DNA from: Candidatus Omnitrophota bacterium
Lineage (GTDB): Bacteria > Omnitrophota > Omnitrophia > Omnitrophales > Aquincolibacteriaceae
Direction: 5' to 3'
DNA: 64,000 nucleotides
Assembly: GCA_043732705.1 (NCBI GenBank)
Contig: JAYTHE010000025.1
Coordinates: forward strand, 315-64,314
The notes under the pieces were generated by a model. That model was not told the DNA's origin, searched no databases, and saw only the letters and a program-made list of their open reading frames with translations. Positions within the stretch are counted from its first letter, which is position 1. Every line of letters starts with the position of its first letter. Positions 8,327 through 18,302 of the stretch are shown piece after piece. A program made the position numbers and the translations under genes.

Positions 8327-9583
8327 ATGCAAAACTCAGGCCGGCGCCATTTCTTGGATGCCTTAAAACTAGTCAATGTCAGGCTTTATATCGGAGCTGT
8401 TGGCTTTTTTACGCTAGCCAGCCGCGCGCTGGCGGTGGTCATTGGCTTTCAAATTTACCAACTGACACACAGCACCCTTGCTATCGGACTTTTAGGGCTT
8501 GTTGAGGCTTTCCCGGTCATTGGATTGGTTCTTTTTGGAGGCTATGCTGCGGACCATTTTGACCGCAAAAAAATACTGCTGCTTACCGGCGCAGTTTCCT
8601 GCGTTTGCGGCCTGGCTTTAGCATTTTTATCTTGGGAAAATCATCACTCTGTTCCCGTTTTTGGTTTATATATTGTTATTTTTTTAGCAGGCATTGCTCG
8701 GGGTTTTGCGGACCCCGCTAGCACAGCTTTTGAAACACAAGTGATTCCCAAGCATTTGACCGTAAGCGGCGGTTCATGGATCGGAAGCACTTGGATTGGC
8801 TGTTCGATTTTAGGTCCGGCGGCAATCGGCTTTATTTTCGCAGCCGGGGGTGCCGTAGCGTCTTACCTTGTGATCGCATGCTGTTTTATCATTTCATGGT
8901 TTTGTACGCTCGCGATCCAACCAATGCCGCAAGCGGTTCAAGAACAAACCGAATCTGTTTTTAAGAGTATCGGAACAGGTTGGAAATTTGTTTTTGGAAA
9001 TCAACCTTTGCTCGGCGCGCTGGCGCTTGATTTATTCGCGGTTCTTTTTGGTGGAGCAATGGCGCTTTTACCCGTATACGCTAATGACATTTTGCATGTC
9101 GGAGTCAAAGGTTTGGGATTATTAAATGCTGCGCCTTCGCTTGGCGCGATTTTAATCACGCTTTTAGCCACTCACAAACCGCCGATTGAAAAAGCCGGCC
9201 GAAATCTACTTCTCACGGTCGCGGGATTCGGCGCGAGTATCCTTGTTTTCGCGTTTTCAAAAAATTTTTGGCTATCCATGGCGGCATTATTTTTTAGCGG
9301 AATTTTTGACGGCATCAGTGTCGTGATCCGGCGCGCCATGATTCGCCTCTTGTCTCCCGAACATCTCCGCGGCCGTGTTGCGGCGGCAAGCTGGATTTTT
9401 ATCTGCTCATCCAATGAATTGGGTGCTTTTGAAAGCGGTATGCTAGCAAGCTTAATTGGAACCATTCCCTGTGTCGCGGTCGGAGGAGCGCTGACCTTTG
9501 TCGTGGTAGGATTGATCGCTGTTTCGATGCCAAAATTAAGGCAGCTTCGATTTAACCTTCAAACTTTTGAGCAAGAGACGTAG
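8327..9583 (+). CDS. MFS transporter (MFS_3-like)
   Basis: About 12 hydrophobic segments; GGYAADHFDRK and LDLFAVLFGGA. Confidence 0.92.
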   Translation: MQNSGRRHFLDALKLVNVRLYIGAVGFFTLASRALAVVIGFQIYQLTHSTLAIGLLGLVEAFPVIGLVLFGGYAADHFDRKKILLLTGAVSCVCGLALAFLSWENHHSVPVFGLYIVIFLAGIARGFADPASTAFETQVIPKHLTVSGGSWIGSTWIGCSILGPAAIGFIFAAGGAVASYLVIACCFIISWFCTLAIQPMPQAVQEQTESVFKSIGTGWKFVFGNQPLLGALALDLFAVLFGGAMALLPVYANDILHVGVKGLGLLNAAPSLGAILITLLATHKPPIEKAGRNLLLTVAGFGASILVFAFSKNFWLSMAALFFSGIFDGISVVIRRAMIRLLSPEHLRGRVAAASWIFICSSNELGAFESGMLASLIGTIPCVAVGGALTFVVVGLIAVSMPKLRQLRFNLQTFEQET

Positions 9584-9594
9584 ATAGAATCTCA

Positions 9595-9855
9595 TCATTC
9601 GTAATGAGTCCAAAGACGAATGACTTTAACCACTTTCTCTTTGGTAAGAACCTGATAAACAATACGGTGCTGAATATTAATTCGGCGAGAGTACGTCCCG
9701 GATAAATCACCCACTAATTTCTCGTAAGGCGGAGGATTCTGGAAAGGGTTTTTCTCAAGAATAGAAAGAAGGTCTTCAGCCTTAGATTTTAAACCAGACT
9801 TGGAAAGTTTCTTAGCGTCTTTCTGTGCCTGATTGGTATAAACAACCGTCCACAT
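9595..9855 (-). CDS. yoeB: Txe/YoeB family toxin
   Basis: PPYEKLVGDLSGTYSRRINIQHRIVYQ...WTHYE; TAATG overlap with the antitoxin. Confidence 0.95.
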   Translation of the reverse strand: MWTVVYTNQAQKDAKKLSKSGLKSKAEDLLSILEKNPFQNPPPYEKLVGDLSGTYSRRINIQHRIVYQVLTKEKVVKVIRLWTHYE

Positions 9856-10097
9856 TACCAATTAAGCTTTTTGTCGCACTTCTTGATAGGAGTCTTGAGA
9901 CCTTCGCGAATCGATTCCCGCATTCCGGGAATGGACAAAAGGTGAAGCGTTTCTTGAATAGCACTCCAATCCTCTTGCGAAACAAGAACAGCGTCTGCGT
10001 CTTTACCAGTAATTTGTACCGGCGTATGGTTTTTAGCCACACTGCGCAATAAACCATACAAACTTGCCCGAGCTTTACTCACTGTCATTGTTGTCAT
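9855..10097 (-). CDS. yefM: Phd/YefM family antitoxin
   Basis: SKARASLY...AVLVSQEDWSAIQETLHLLSIPGMRESI. Confidence 0.95.
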   Translation of the reverse strand: MTTMTVSKARASLYGLLRSVAKNHTPVQITGKDADAVLVSQEDWSAIQETLHLLSIPGMRESIREGLKTPIKKCDKKLNW

Positions 10098-10458
10098 ATT
10101 GCACCTCTGGCTAAAGCGTACCATTTTACGTACGATCTGTCAAACTCTCGCTTCTCTCCTAAAACTAGAGATAAGTTCGTTATAAGAATTTTAGATATTT
10201 ACTCTTATTGCAGTTTCAGCAAATTACAACTTGCTGACAAGTCGATTCTCTTGAAGAAATTCTTCGAAACTAAGCGACAGGCAAAATCAGCCCATTCAGA
10301 GATAAATCGAGATATCTGCCTTAAAATCTCCTGACTTATTCATCCCAGTTTCAAACTAAAAATTATTTAAAAAAATTGGAATTTCACGCGATCGCGTAAG
10401 TGTTTGAAACGTGCGGACATGTGCGAGGCAAAAAATTATTTTTGGAATTATTGAAAGG

Positions 10459-10489
10459 ATTTCTATCTCTGACGCGCAGAGATAGAAAT
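10459..10489. terminator. Hairpin just downstream of tRNA-Glu, possible terminator
   Basis: ATTTCTATCTCTG-ACGCG-CAGAGATAGAAAT perfect arms; no clean U-tract. Confidence 0.5.
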
Positions 10490-10492
10490 GAA

Positions 10493-10570
10493 TGGCGTCC
10501 CCAAGCGGATTTGAACCGCTGTTACCGAGATGAAAACCCGGTGTCCTAGACCGACCTAGACGATGGGGAC
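10493..10570 (-). tRNA. tRNA-Glu(TTC)
   Basis: GTCCCCA/TGGGGAC acceptor stem, CCGGG-TT-TTC-AT-CTCGG anticodon arm, encoded CCA. Confidence 0.95.
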
Positions 10571-10760
10571 GCGAAAAACCTAATTGTAAATCTCTTACTT
10601 CACTCGGACAACTATGGTGTCCTAGACCGCCGTCACATTGATAACAGCCTGATGGCTGTGGACGATGGCGACGCAAAAGAGACCAAATTATACTGAATTT
10701 TTATTGCGCGTCGAGCAAACTTTGTTTGCTGCGCGTAAAAAGAATCGCGAACTCTCTTGG

Positions 10761-10790
10761 CGGTTGCGCTTTGCGCAGAGCCAAAATAAA
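10761..10790. repeat. Mini-repeat family A (GGTTGxGC-loop-GCxCAGAG(G)CAAAA); near-identical copy at 10916-10945
   Basis: The two copies flank tRNA-Lys; others at 2916, 13786, 13845, 16317, 43701 and 63187. Confidence 0.85.
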
Positions 10791-10794
10791 ACCG

Positions 10795-10867
10795 TGAGGC
10801 CGGATGGGATCGAACCATCGACACCATCCTTAAAAGGGATGTGCTCTACCAACTGAGCTACGGCCTC
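10795..10867 (-). tRNA. tRNA-Lys(TTT), CCA not encoded
   Basis: GAGGCCG acceptor stem, CATCC-CT-TTT-AA-GGATG anticodon arm, GTTCGAT T-loop. Confidence 0.95.
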
Positions 10868-10951
10868 GAAAAAACTACCGCTAAACAAACCAAAGAAACT
10901 TTAAAAACTTTTCCGCAGTTGCGCTTTGCGCAGAGCTAAAATAAATCAGAA

Positions 10952-11518
10952 CTAGATTTCGTGAAGCTCGACTTCTTTTTGTTTCGATGCTTCATCAATC
11001 TTTGCAGTAAATTCGTCAGTCACTTTTTGAATTTCTTTTTGTACGGTACGAGATTCGTCTTCTGAAATTTCTTTGGATTTTTCACCTTTTTTAATCACTT
11101 CAATCGACTCATGACGCGAAGCGCGGATCGCAACCCGGCCTTCTTCGGCGCCTTTTTTAACCATTTTTGTCAATTCATTGCGGCGTTCATCCGTTAACTG
11201 TGGAACCGTAATGCGGATAATTTTTCCGTCATTCATTGGTGTTAATCCCACTTCGGATTTCAAAATCGCTTTTTCAATTTCAGCCAAGCCGGTCGCGTCC
11301 CACGGTGTAATCGTTAAAGTCTTCGCATCGGCGGTTGAAATCGCAGCCATCTGTTTCATCGGTGTCATCGTCCCGTAATAATCCACCATAATATTATCCA
11401 CAAGCGAAACCGCCGCGCGGCCTGTACGCAAACTTTGAAATTCTTTTTTCGTAGAATCAAAAGTCTTTTCCATTTTTGCGCGCATTTGCTTGACTAAATC
11501 TTTTGAATTGATCGGCAT
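10952..11518 (-). CDS. frr: Ribosome recycling factor
   Basis: LRTGRA, VDYYG, PQLTDERR; rpsB-tsf-pyrH-frr synteny. Confidence 0.98.
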   Translation of the reverse strand: MPINSKDLVKQMRAKMEKTFDSTKKEFQSLRTGRAAVSLVDNIMVDYYGTMTPMKQMAAISTADAKTLTITPWDATGLAEIEKAILKSEVGLTPMNDGKIIRITVPQLTDERRNELTKMVKKGAEEGRVAIRASRHESIEVIKKGEKSKEISEDESRTVQKEIQKVTDEFTAKIDEASKQKEVELHEI

Positions 11519-11527
11519 AAATTTTCC

Positions 11528-12247
<720 letters not shown>

Positions 12248-12307
12248 CTATTGTCTTTGAAACAGATGTCGAGCTGAGGAGCTTAGCTCCTCCGCTGCAT
12301 CAAAATG

Positions 12308-12913
12308 TTAGACCCCGCCGACTTCGAAACGGACAAAACGGCGAATCACGATGTTTTCACCGATGACCGCAATCGTTTCGGAAACATAATCCTGAATCGT
12401 TTGCGAATCATTCTTAATGAACTTCTGGTTCAAAAGGCAAATATCTTCGTACCGCTTCGCAAGCTTGCCTTCCAAAATCTTTTCGCGTACAGGCTCAGGT
12501 TTGTCTTTTACAGAATCAAGAAAAACCGCTTTTTCACGTTCAATCACATCAGCCGGAATTTGATCCGCGCTAACATAAAGCGGGAAAGCGGCAGCGATAT
12601 GCATTGCGATGTTGCGCGCAAACTCTTGGAATCTGTCATTCTTAGCCACGAAATCGGTTTCGCAATTAATTTCAAGCAATACACCCAATTTCCCGCCGGC
12701 GTGAATATAAGAAATAATTTGCCCTTCACGAACTTCGCGTGAAGATTTTTTCTTCGCGGAGTCGAGCCCCTTTTTACGGATAACATCTTTAGCAGCTTCA
12801 AAGTTGCCGTTCGCTTCAACAAGCGCCTTCTTAACGTCCATCATTCCCGCGCCGGTCAATTCACGGAGTTTAACGATATCTTCTTTTGTAAAATTTTCTG
12901 TGTTCACGGTCAT
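12308..12913 (-). CDS. tsf: Elongation factor Ts (short type)
   Basis: KLRELTGAGMMDVKKAL, EINCETDFVA and GENIVIRRFVR; ATG at 12913 after AGAGGG. Confidence 0.98.
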   Translation of the reverse strand: MTVNTENFTKEDIVKLRELTGAGMMDVKKALVEANGNFEAAKDVIRKKGLDSAKKKSSREVREGQIISYIHAGGKLGVLLEINCETDFVAKNDRFQEFARNIAMHIAAAFPLYVSADQIPADVIEREKAVFLDSVKDKPEPVREKILEGKLAKRYEDICLLNQKFIKNDSQTIQDYVSETIAVIGENIVIRRFVRFEVGGV

Positions 12914-12977
12914 AAACCCTCTATCGTTTTCATCGGCGTCGAGCAGAGCCAAGCTCTGCTGCGCCAAAAATATTTCG

Positions 12978-13760
12978 TTACTGTTTTGCGGCGGATGAGT
13001 TCAGCGCTTCTTCGGCTGCGGCGTCAATTCCTGCGTCAGCCTCAGGCTTTGCTTCAGCGTTCTGATGCATCCGAAATTCATTGTTACCTTCCAAGGCCAC
13101 GCCCGCGATCGCATCACAAAAAAGCGTAATCGCTTTGATCGCGTCGTCATTGCCTGGAATCGCGATATTCACAAGCTCAGGATCCGCGTTTGTATCCGCG
13201 ATTGCAACGATGGGGATCCCCAATTTTCTTGCTTCCAATACGGCGATCTTTTCTTTTTCAAGATCGATGATAAATAGCGCTCCGGGAAGTTTTTTCATTT
13301 CGCGGATACCGGAAAGATTTTTTACAAGCTTTTCACGTTCTTTGCAAAGCGAAGAAGCTTCTTTCTTGGTGACGTACGCGAATTCGCCATTCTTTTCCAT
13401 CGTATCGATATCTTCAATTTTTTTGATGGATTTACGGACAGTTTCAAAATTGGTCAACATACCACCAAGCCAACGTTCATTTACGAAAGGCATATTGCTG
13501 CCCTGTGCTGCTTTCATCAAAGGGTCTTGCGCTTGTTTTTTTGTTCCGACAAACAAGATCGTCTCGCCCTTCTTCGTGATTTCACGGACAAACTTCAAAG
13601 CTTTGTCGAGAATCTTGGCGGTGATTTCAAGATTAATAATATGAATTCCGTTACGGTCGCCAAAAATGAACGGTTTCATTTTCGGATTCCAACGCTGCGT
13701 TTGATGCCCAAAATGTGCACCGGAATCTAAAAGCTGTTTAATGGTAACTTTCTCTGACAC
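12978..13760 (-). CDS. rpsB: 30S ribosomal protein S2
   Basis: GAHFGHQTQRWNPKM, RWLGGMLTN and PGNDDA. Confidence 0.99.
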   Translation of the reverse strand: MSEKVTIKQLLDSGAHFGHQTQRWNPKMKPFIFGDRNGIHIINLEITAKILDKALKFVREITKKGETILFVGTKKQAQDPLMKAAQGSNMPFVNERWLGGMLTNFETVRKSIKKIEDIDTMEKNGEFAYVTKKEASSLCKEREKLVKNLSGIREMKKLPGALFIIDLEKEKIAVLEARKLGIPIVAIADTNADPELVNIAIPGNDDAIKAITLFCDAIAGVALEGNNEFRMHQNAEAKPEADAGIDAAAEEALNSSAAKQ

Positions 13761-14109
13761 TGGATTTCCCCTTTTTTCTTTTTTATTTTGCCTCTGAGCT
13801 TTTGCTCAACCGGCAGTTACAAATATGCTCGTATGCGTTTTCTCGCCGGTTGCGCCATGGGCGCAGAGGCTATAAAAAAAGAAAACCTCCGTCGCATTGA
13901 GAGCTTGCTCTAAGATTTTTCGCCCTCGCGAAAAATTAAAACAACTCCGGCTTCGGAGGATCCGCCTAACACCAAACTCGGAAACCCTTGCATCAAGAGC
14001 GCAATATGCATGTTCAGTTAAAGCACCGAACTCTCTTTTTACATGGATGACGGTAAGCCTATTGCTTACCGCAATGGTTGCGAATACACAAACTTGCGAA
14101 CAGGTGGAG

Positions 14110-14139
14110 CATTATAGCTAAAACTCTCCCTAGGGCAAG
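14110..14139 (-). promoter_or_regulatory. Sigma70-type promoter candidate for the rpsB operon
   Basis: TTGCCC-N16-TATAAT on the minus strand, about 345 nt upstream of the rpsB GTG. Confidence 0.5.
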
Positions 14140-14173
14140 TGAAAACTGGGGGTATTTTCTCTCTACAAACAGG

Positions 14174-15061
14174 CTAAGAAACCCGAAAAAGGCCCAAATT
14201 CTGATAGATTTCAGCGGTGGCGCGCGATTTATTAAGCGTATAGAAGTGAATACCGGCAATACCATGCTTAATGAGCTCTTCGCATTGCCGGGAAGCATAG
14301 TCCACCCCAAACTTGGTAATGGATTCATTATCATCGCCATACTTTTCAATAGCAGAAAGCATCGCTTGCGGAATAGCCGCTCCGCACATCTGGGAAAAAC
14401 GCGCGATTTGTTTGCCGTTGGTGACGGGCATAATTCCCGCAACGATCGGCACGCGAATTCCCCGCTTACGGCATGCTTCTTCAAACCGGAAAAAATCCCC
14501 ATTATTAAAAAAAAGCTGCGTAATCACGGAGTCCGCGCCTTCTTTAACTTTGGAAAAAAGATGATCCCAATCAGACTCCAGCGTTTTGGATTCCGGATGT
14601 CCTTCGGGGTAGCCCGCAACAGCGATGGAAAACCAATCCCTGAAATCGGGATGCGATCGAATATACCCGACAAGTTCCGCCGCATAACGGAAACCTCCCG
14701 CAACGGGCTTAAATTCGGTTTCACCTTTCGGCGGATCGCCGCGTAAAGCCACTAAATTTTGAATCCCTTTGGACTTAAGCTCTCGCAGCACCGCTTCGAT
14801 TTCTACGCGTGTGTTTCCGACACAGGTTAAATGCGACGCGACTTCTAAACCCAATTTCGTTTTGATATGTTCGGCAATTCGAATCGAAGTCGAGCTGGTC
14901 GACCCCATCGCGCCATACGTGACGGAAACAAAAGTCGGTTTCAAGCTTTTCAGCTCAGCAACCGCGGAATAAAGCTGCTCTTCCGCTTCTGGCGTTTTGG
15001 GCGGAAAAAACTCAAACGAGAAGGACTGTTTTTTATTTGAAAATATTTCTGTCAGTTTCAT
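14174..15061 (-). CDS. metF: Methylenetetrahydrofolate reductase
   Basis: SFEFFPPKT, FVSVTYGA, HLTC, ALRGDPP, ITQLFF and HFYTLN. Confidence 0.97.
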   Translation of the reverse strand: MKLTEIFSNKKQSFSFEFFPPKTPEAEEQLYSAVAELKSLKPTFVSVTYGAMGSTSSTSIRIAEHIKTKLGLEVASHLTCVGNTRVEIEAVLRELKSKGIQNLVALRGDPPKGETEFKPVAGGFRYAAELVGYIRSHPDFRDWFSIAVAGYPEGHPESKTLESDWDHLFSKVKEGADSVITQLFFNNGDFFRFEEACRKRGIRVPIVAGIMPVTNGKQIARFSQMCGAAIPQAMLSAIEKYGDDNESITKFGVDYASRQCEELIKHGIAGIHFYTLNKSRATAEIYQNLGLFRVS

Positions 15062-15065
15062 ATTT

Positions 15066-15329
15066 TTAATGATGGATAAAAATCCGGGCTCCAAAAAGAA
15101 ACAATACAATCAATAAACCGACCGCGGTTGCCGCGGCCCATAAACGGCTCGGCATCCCCACAGGCTCACCACAATAAGCGCAAAACGAACTTGCCGCAAG
15201 AATTTGCTTTTGACAGCTGCGGCAGCGTATGACCCCTTCGCGCTTTTCTTGTTCTTCCCATTTCTTCGCGAGACTGGCCGGAACTTCTTCTTCCTTCGGC
15301 GGCAAGAATTCATTTTCGTCTTCAAACAT
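15066..15329 (-). CDS. Zinc-ribbon protein with a C-terminal membrane anchor
   Basis: CRSC...FCAYCG, hydrophobic C-terminus, GGAG RBS. Confidence 0.8.
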   Translation of the reverse strand: MFEDENEFLPPKEEEVPASLAKKWEEQEKREGVIRCRSCQKQILAASSFCAYCGEPVGMPSRLWAAATAVGLLIVLFLFGARIFIHH

Positions 15330-15339
15330 TCTTTATCTC

Positions 15340-16095
15340 CTAACCAACGATCCTCGCAACCTTAAGAAAGTTCAGCAGCACTTTGCGGCAATAATAATGC
15401 AGTTCCTTTTCAGCACGAAACCAATCTTTAAGCAATTTGTCCGCGTCCTCATGCACCAAATCTTCATCGCTGTTCAGCCAATCGGCAAGCAGTCGGGTGG
15501 TCATTTCTAAATGGCCTTGAAAACCATAAGCCTTATGACTTACCTTAACAATTTGGTTATGACACCATTTTCCTTTTGCCATAAGCTTCATGGAATCGGT
15601 CAACTCGACGGTTTCTCCATGAAGCTGAAAAATCGGAAATCTCTTTTGGAAACGCTGAAAAAGCGGGTCATTGCGTCCGTCTTCCGTAAGATCACAAGTA
15701 AAAGGCGCGCGGCCGTTCATCTTCAATCCCACTTCTTTTACGGGGCTTTTAACCACTTTCCCGCCAGCGGCTTTCACCAGAATTTGCAAACCTAAACAGA
15801 TTCCCAGATACGGGACATTCTTTTCAAGCATCACGCGCGACCAACGCACAGTATCAAGCATCGAATCCGTTTGGTCATTTGCGCTCATCGGTCCTCCGAG
15901 CACAATCACTGCATCTTGAAGGCCCACTTCGGGCAGGACATCACCGCGCTGAAGGCTGCAAATTTGATATTTTATTTTCCAATGCTTTAACAATTCCGCC
16001 AAATATCCGGGGCCTTCCGTGGTGGTATTCTTAATAAACCAAATCGTGCTGTCCGGCGAGATAATGGGATTAACTTTTTGAAGTACCACGCTCAA
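15340..16095 (-). CDS. Type 1 glutamine amidotransferase-like protein
   Basis: LGGPMSA, LGICLGLQ nucleophile elbow and FQGHLE. Confidence 0.92.
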   Translation of the reverse strand: MSVVLQKVNPIISPDSTIWFIKNTTTEGPGYLAELLKHWKIKYQICSLQRGDVLPEVGLQDAVIVLGGPMSANDQTDSMLDTVRWSRVMLEKNVPYLGICLGLQILVKAAGGKVVKSPVKEVGLKMNGRAPFTCDLTEDGRNDPLFQRFQKRFPIFQLHGETVELTDSMKLMAKGKWCHNQIVKVSHKAYGFQGHLEMTTRLLADWLNSDEDLVHEDADKLLKDWFRAEKELHYYCRKVLLNFLKVARIVG

Positions 16096-16129
16096 ACCTT
16101 ACGATTGAAATATTTCAAAATGAGGAAGG

Positions 16130-17428
16130 TCATTTCATTTTTGCCGGCTCGGAAGAAACAATCCGGGGCTCGGGAAGCGGCACAATAAATTTCGTTCCCC
16201 GGCTCTCTAGATGGCCGAGTTTACCGATAATTTCTTTGGCAAAATTCCACGCAAAAATCAAAACATAGTCGGCAGGGCTTGCCTCAAGCCGCGTACTTGG
16301 AACAATCGGGATACCGCTGGTTGCGCTATCAGGCGCAGAAGCAAAATAAGTTGGTACAAGACGCCCCTGCTTAAGAGGATTATCGTCCACGATACTTTCG
16401 ATTTCTTTGGCCGTCAATCCGCAAAAATTAATAATGGTTGTCGCTTTGGCGGGCGCGCCATAACCGCAAATCGTTTTACCTTCCGCGCGGATTTTACCGA
16501 TCAATGAATTAAGCGTTTGCTTAAAATCCATCACGCGCGCGGCAAATTTTTCATAAACCGCATTTTCCAAACATCCCTTGCTCTTTTCAAGAGCAAGCAA
16601 TTCTCCTACAACCGGCCGAATCACAAAGGAGCTTTTTTGTTTGGATATAAAAACGCGCAAGGAGCCGCCATGCGAACTGACTTTTTGAATATCAAAGATA
16701 TGCGCCCCATATCTCTGCATTAAAAAACTGAGTGACGTGATTCCGATATAAGAGACATGCTCATGATAAATCATGTCAAAAAGCATTTCATCGAGCATCG
16801 TCACGAGATAAGGAAATTCAATCACAAAAAAACCTTCATCATCGAGCAGATTAAAAACATTTTTGCAGACGGATTGGATGTCATCGATATGCGCGAAAAC
16901 ATTATTAGCGCTGATCGCATGCGCTTTGCCGTACTTTTGAATAATTTCCTTAACGCAAACTTCATCAAAATAACGGTTCAATGTCGGGCGTCCTTCGGCA
17001 TTAGCTTGTTTTGCTAAATTATCCGCCGGGTCAACGCCCACCGCCTTCATACCTTCGTTCATGTAGCAGGCAACTAAAAGGCCGTCGTTACTGCCGATAT
17101 CCACCGCCACGGGATTTTTAACATGCGCCAGCTTGCTTTTGACCGTACGCGCGTACTCCGCGAAATGCTCACGGAAAGTTTTGGTGGTGGAACTGACATA
17201 GAGATAATCTTTAAACATCAAATCGGCCGGAACCGCGTGCGCAAGTTGAACTAAATGGCAATGTTGGCATTTCACGAGTTGAAGCGGACAGGTAAAAAGA
17301 GGTTTATTTAAATCTTCGGGGCGCGGCAGTGAATTCGCAAGCGGATGCTTTTCGCCCAAATCCAAAAATGGTTTCCCGAGCGCAGAATCACAATAGCGGC
17401 ATGTTGTTTTTTTATACTGATCTGTCAT
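16130..17428 (-). CDS. NDP-sugar C3-methyltransferase family (Zn-binding, class I SAM-dependent)
   Basis: CRYC/CQHC, DIGSNDG, NVFAH, IYHEH, HGGSLR and YGAPAK. Confidence 0.92.
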   Translation of the reverse strand: MTDQYKKTTCRYCDSALGKPFLDLGEKHPLANSLPRPEDLNKPLFTCPLQLVKCQHCHLVQLAHAVPADLMFKDYLYVSSTTKTFREHFAEYARTVKSKLAHVKNPVAVDIGSNDGLLVACYMNEGMKAVGVDPADNLAKQANAEGRPTLNRYFDEVCVKEIIQKYGKAHAISANNVFAHIDDIQSVCKNVFNLLDDEGFFVIEFPYLVTMLDEMLFDMIYHEHVSYIGITSLSFLMQRYGAHIFDIQKVSSHGGSLRVFISKQKSSFVIRPVVGELLALEKSKGCLENAVYEKFAARVMDFKQTLNSLIGKIRAEGKTICGYGAPAKATTIINFCGLTAKEIESIVDDNPLKQGRLVPTYFASAPDSATSGIPIVPSTRLEASPADYVLIFAWNFAKEIIGKLGHLESRGTKFIVPLPEPRIVSSEPAKMK

Positions 17429-17452
17429 TTTCAACTTATCTTTATATTTTGT

Positions 17453-17574
17453 TTAACCGTTCAAAAAGGGTTAGATGCGAGGCGCAAGCAAACGCCCGCG
17501 GAGGCGTAGAAGAACCTACGCCGCACAAGGAAGAGTAGCCTGCAACGAAGCAGATGACCTTTTTCAACGGTTAA
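17453..17574. repeat. Structured repeat family B, copy 3
   Basis: TTAACCGTTCAAAAAGG...CCTTTTTCAACGGTTAA arms and the conserved core. Confidence 0.88.
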
Positions 17575-18302
17575 CTATTTGGTGGAACAATAATTTGGGT
17601 AATTTTTCCGTGCCTAATCACAATATGACTCGCCGTCAAAACCGGAATTTCTTCGTTCAAGATCTGCAGCATTTTACCGGCGACAAAGGCCGCTGTTTGC
17701 TGGCGCGCGGCATCCGCTTTGCCGAATAAATCAGAACGCATTTTGGTATTCATGCCTCCCGGACAAATAGTGACCACTTTGAGCCACTCAAGATTTTCTT
17801 TCGCGAGCGCTTCGGTCATCGCCAAAACTCCGAACTTGCTCGCGGAATAGCCCGCAATGCGCGGTACGGCGCGCACACCAGCCATGGACGAAACATTCAT
17901 CACAAGCGGTTGTTTGCTTTTTTTCAAAAATGGAAATGCCGCGCGGCACATCAAAAACACTGAAAATAAATTCCCGCGTAAATGCGCTTCGAATTCTTCG
18001 GGGGCCGTATCTTCAATCCGCTCCAGTTTACCGCCGTAAGCGGCGCTGTTCACGAGCAAATCAATTTTTGGCGTGCTTTTTTTTATCTCATGAAAGAGGC
18101 CTGCGACGGAATTAACGGAAGAAACATTAGCCTCGATCAACCGGAAATTTTTGGAAGGAATTTTTTTTCTGGCGGCGGACCAATGCTCGCTCGTACGGCT
18201 AACTCCAAAAACCTGCCAGCCGCTTTCAATCAAACGTTTGGAAAGCTCAAGCCCAAGTCCCCGTGAAGCTCCGGTAATCAGCGCAAACTTGCCGCTTGCC
18301 AT
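17571..18302 (-). CDS. SDR family oxidoreductase
   Basis: TGASRGLG, NVSS and YSASK. Confidence 0.93.
   Translation of the reverse strand: MASGKFALITGASRGLGLELSKRLIESGWQVFGVSRTSEHWSAARKKIPSKNFRLIEANVSSVNSVAGLFHEIKKSTPKIDLLVNSAAYGGKLERIEDTAPEEFEAHLRGNLFSVFLMCRAAFPFLKKSKQPLVMNVSSMAGVRAVPRIAGYSASKFGVLAMTEALAKENLEWLKVVTICPGGMNTKMRSDLFGKADAARQQTAAFVAGKMLQILNEEIPVLTASHIVIRHGKITQIIVPPNS

Noticed and set aside
10356-10888. Several ORFs over the tRNA-Glu/tRNA-Lys region
   Set aside because: Explained by the tRNA genes and repeats
14059-14746. 222-aa plus-strand ORF and 147-aa alternative-frame ORF
   Set aside because: Antisense or out-of-frame shadows of metF
17442-17567. 41-codon TTG-started ORF through family B copy 3 as a third bridge ORF
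   Set aside because: No exact stop/start overlaps, and copy 4 lacks an equivalent spanning ORF; too weak to claim
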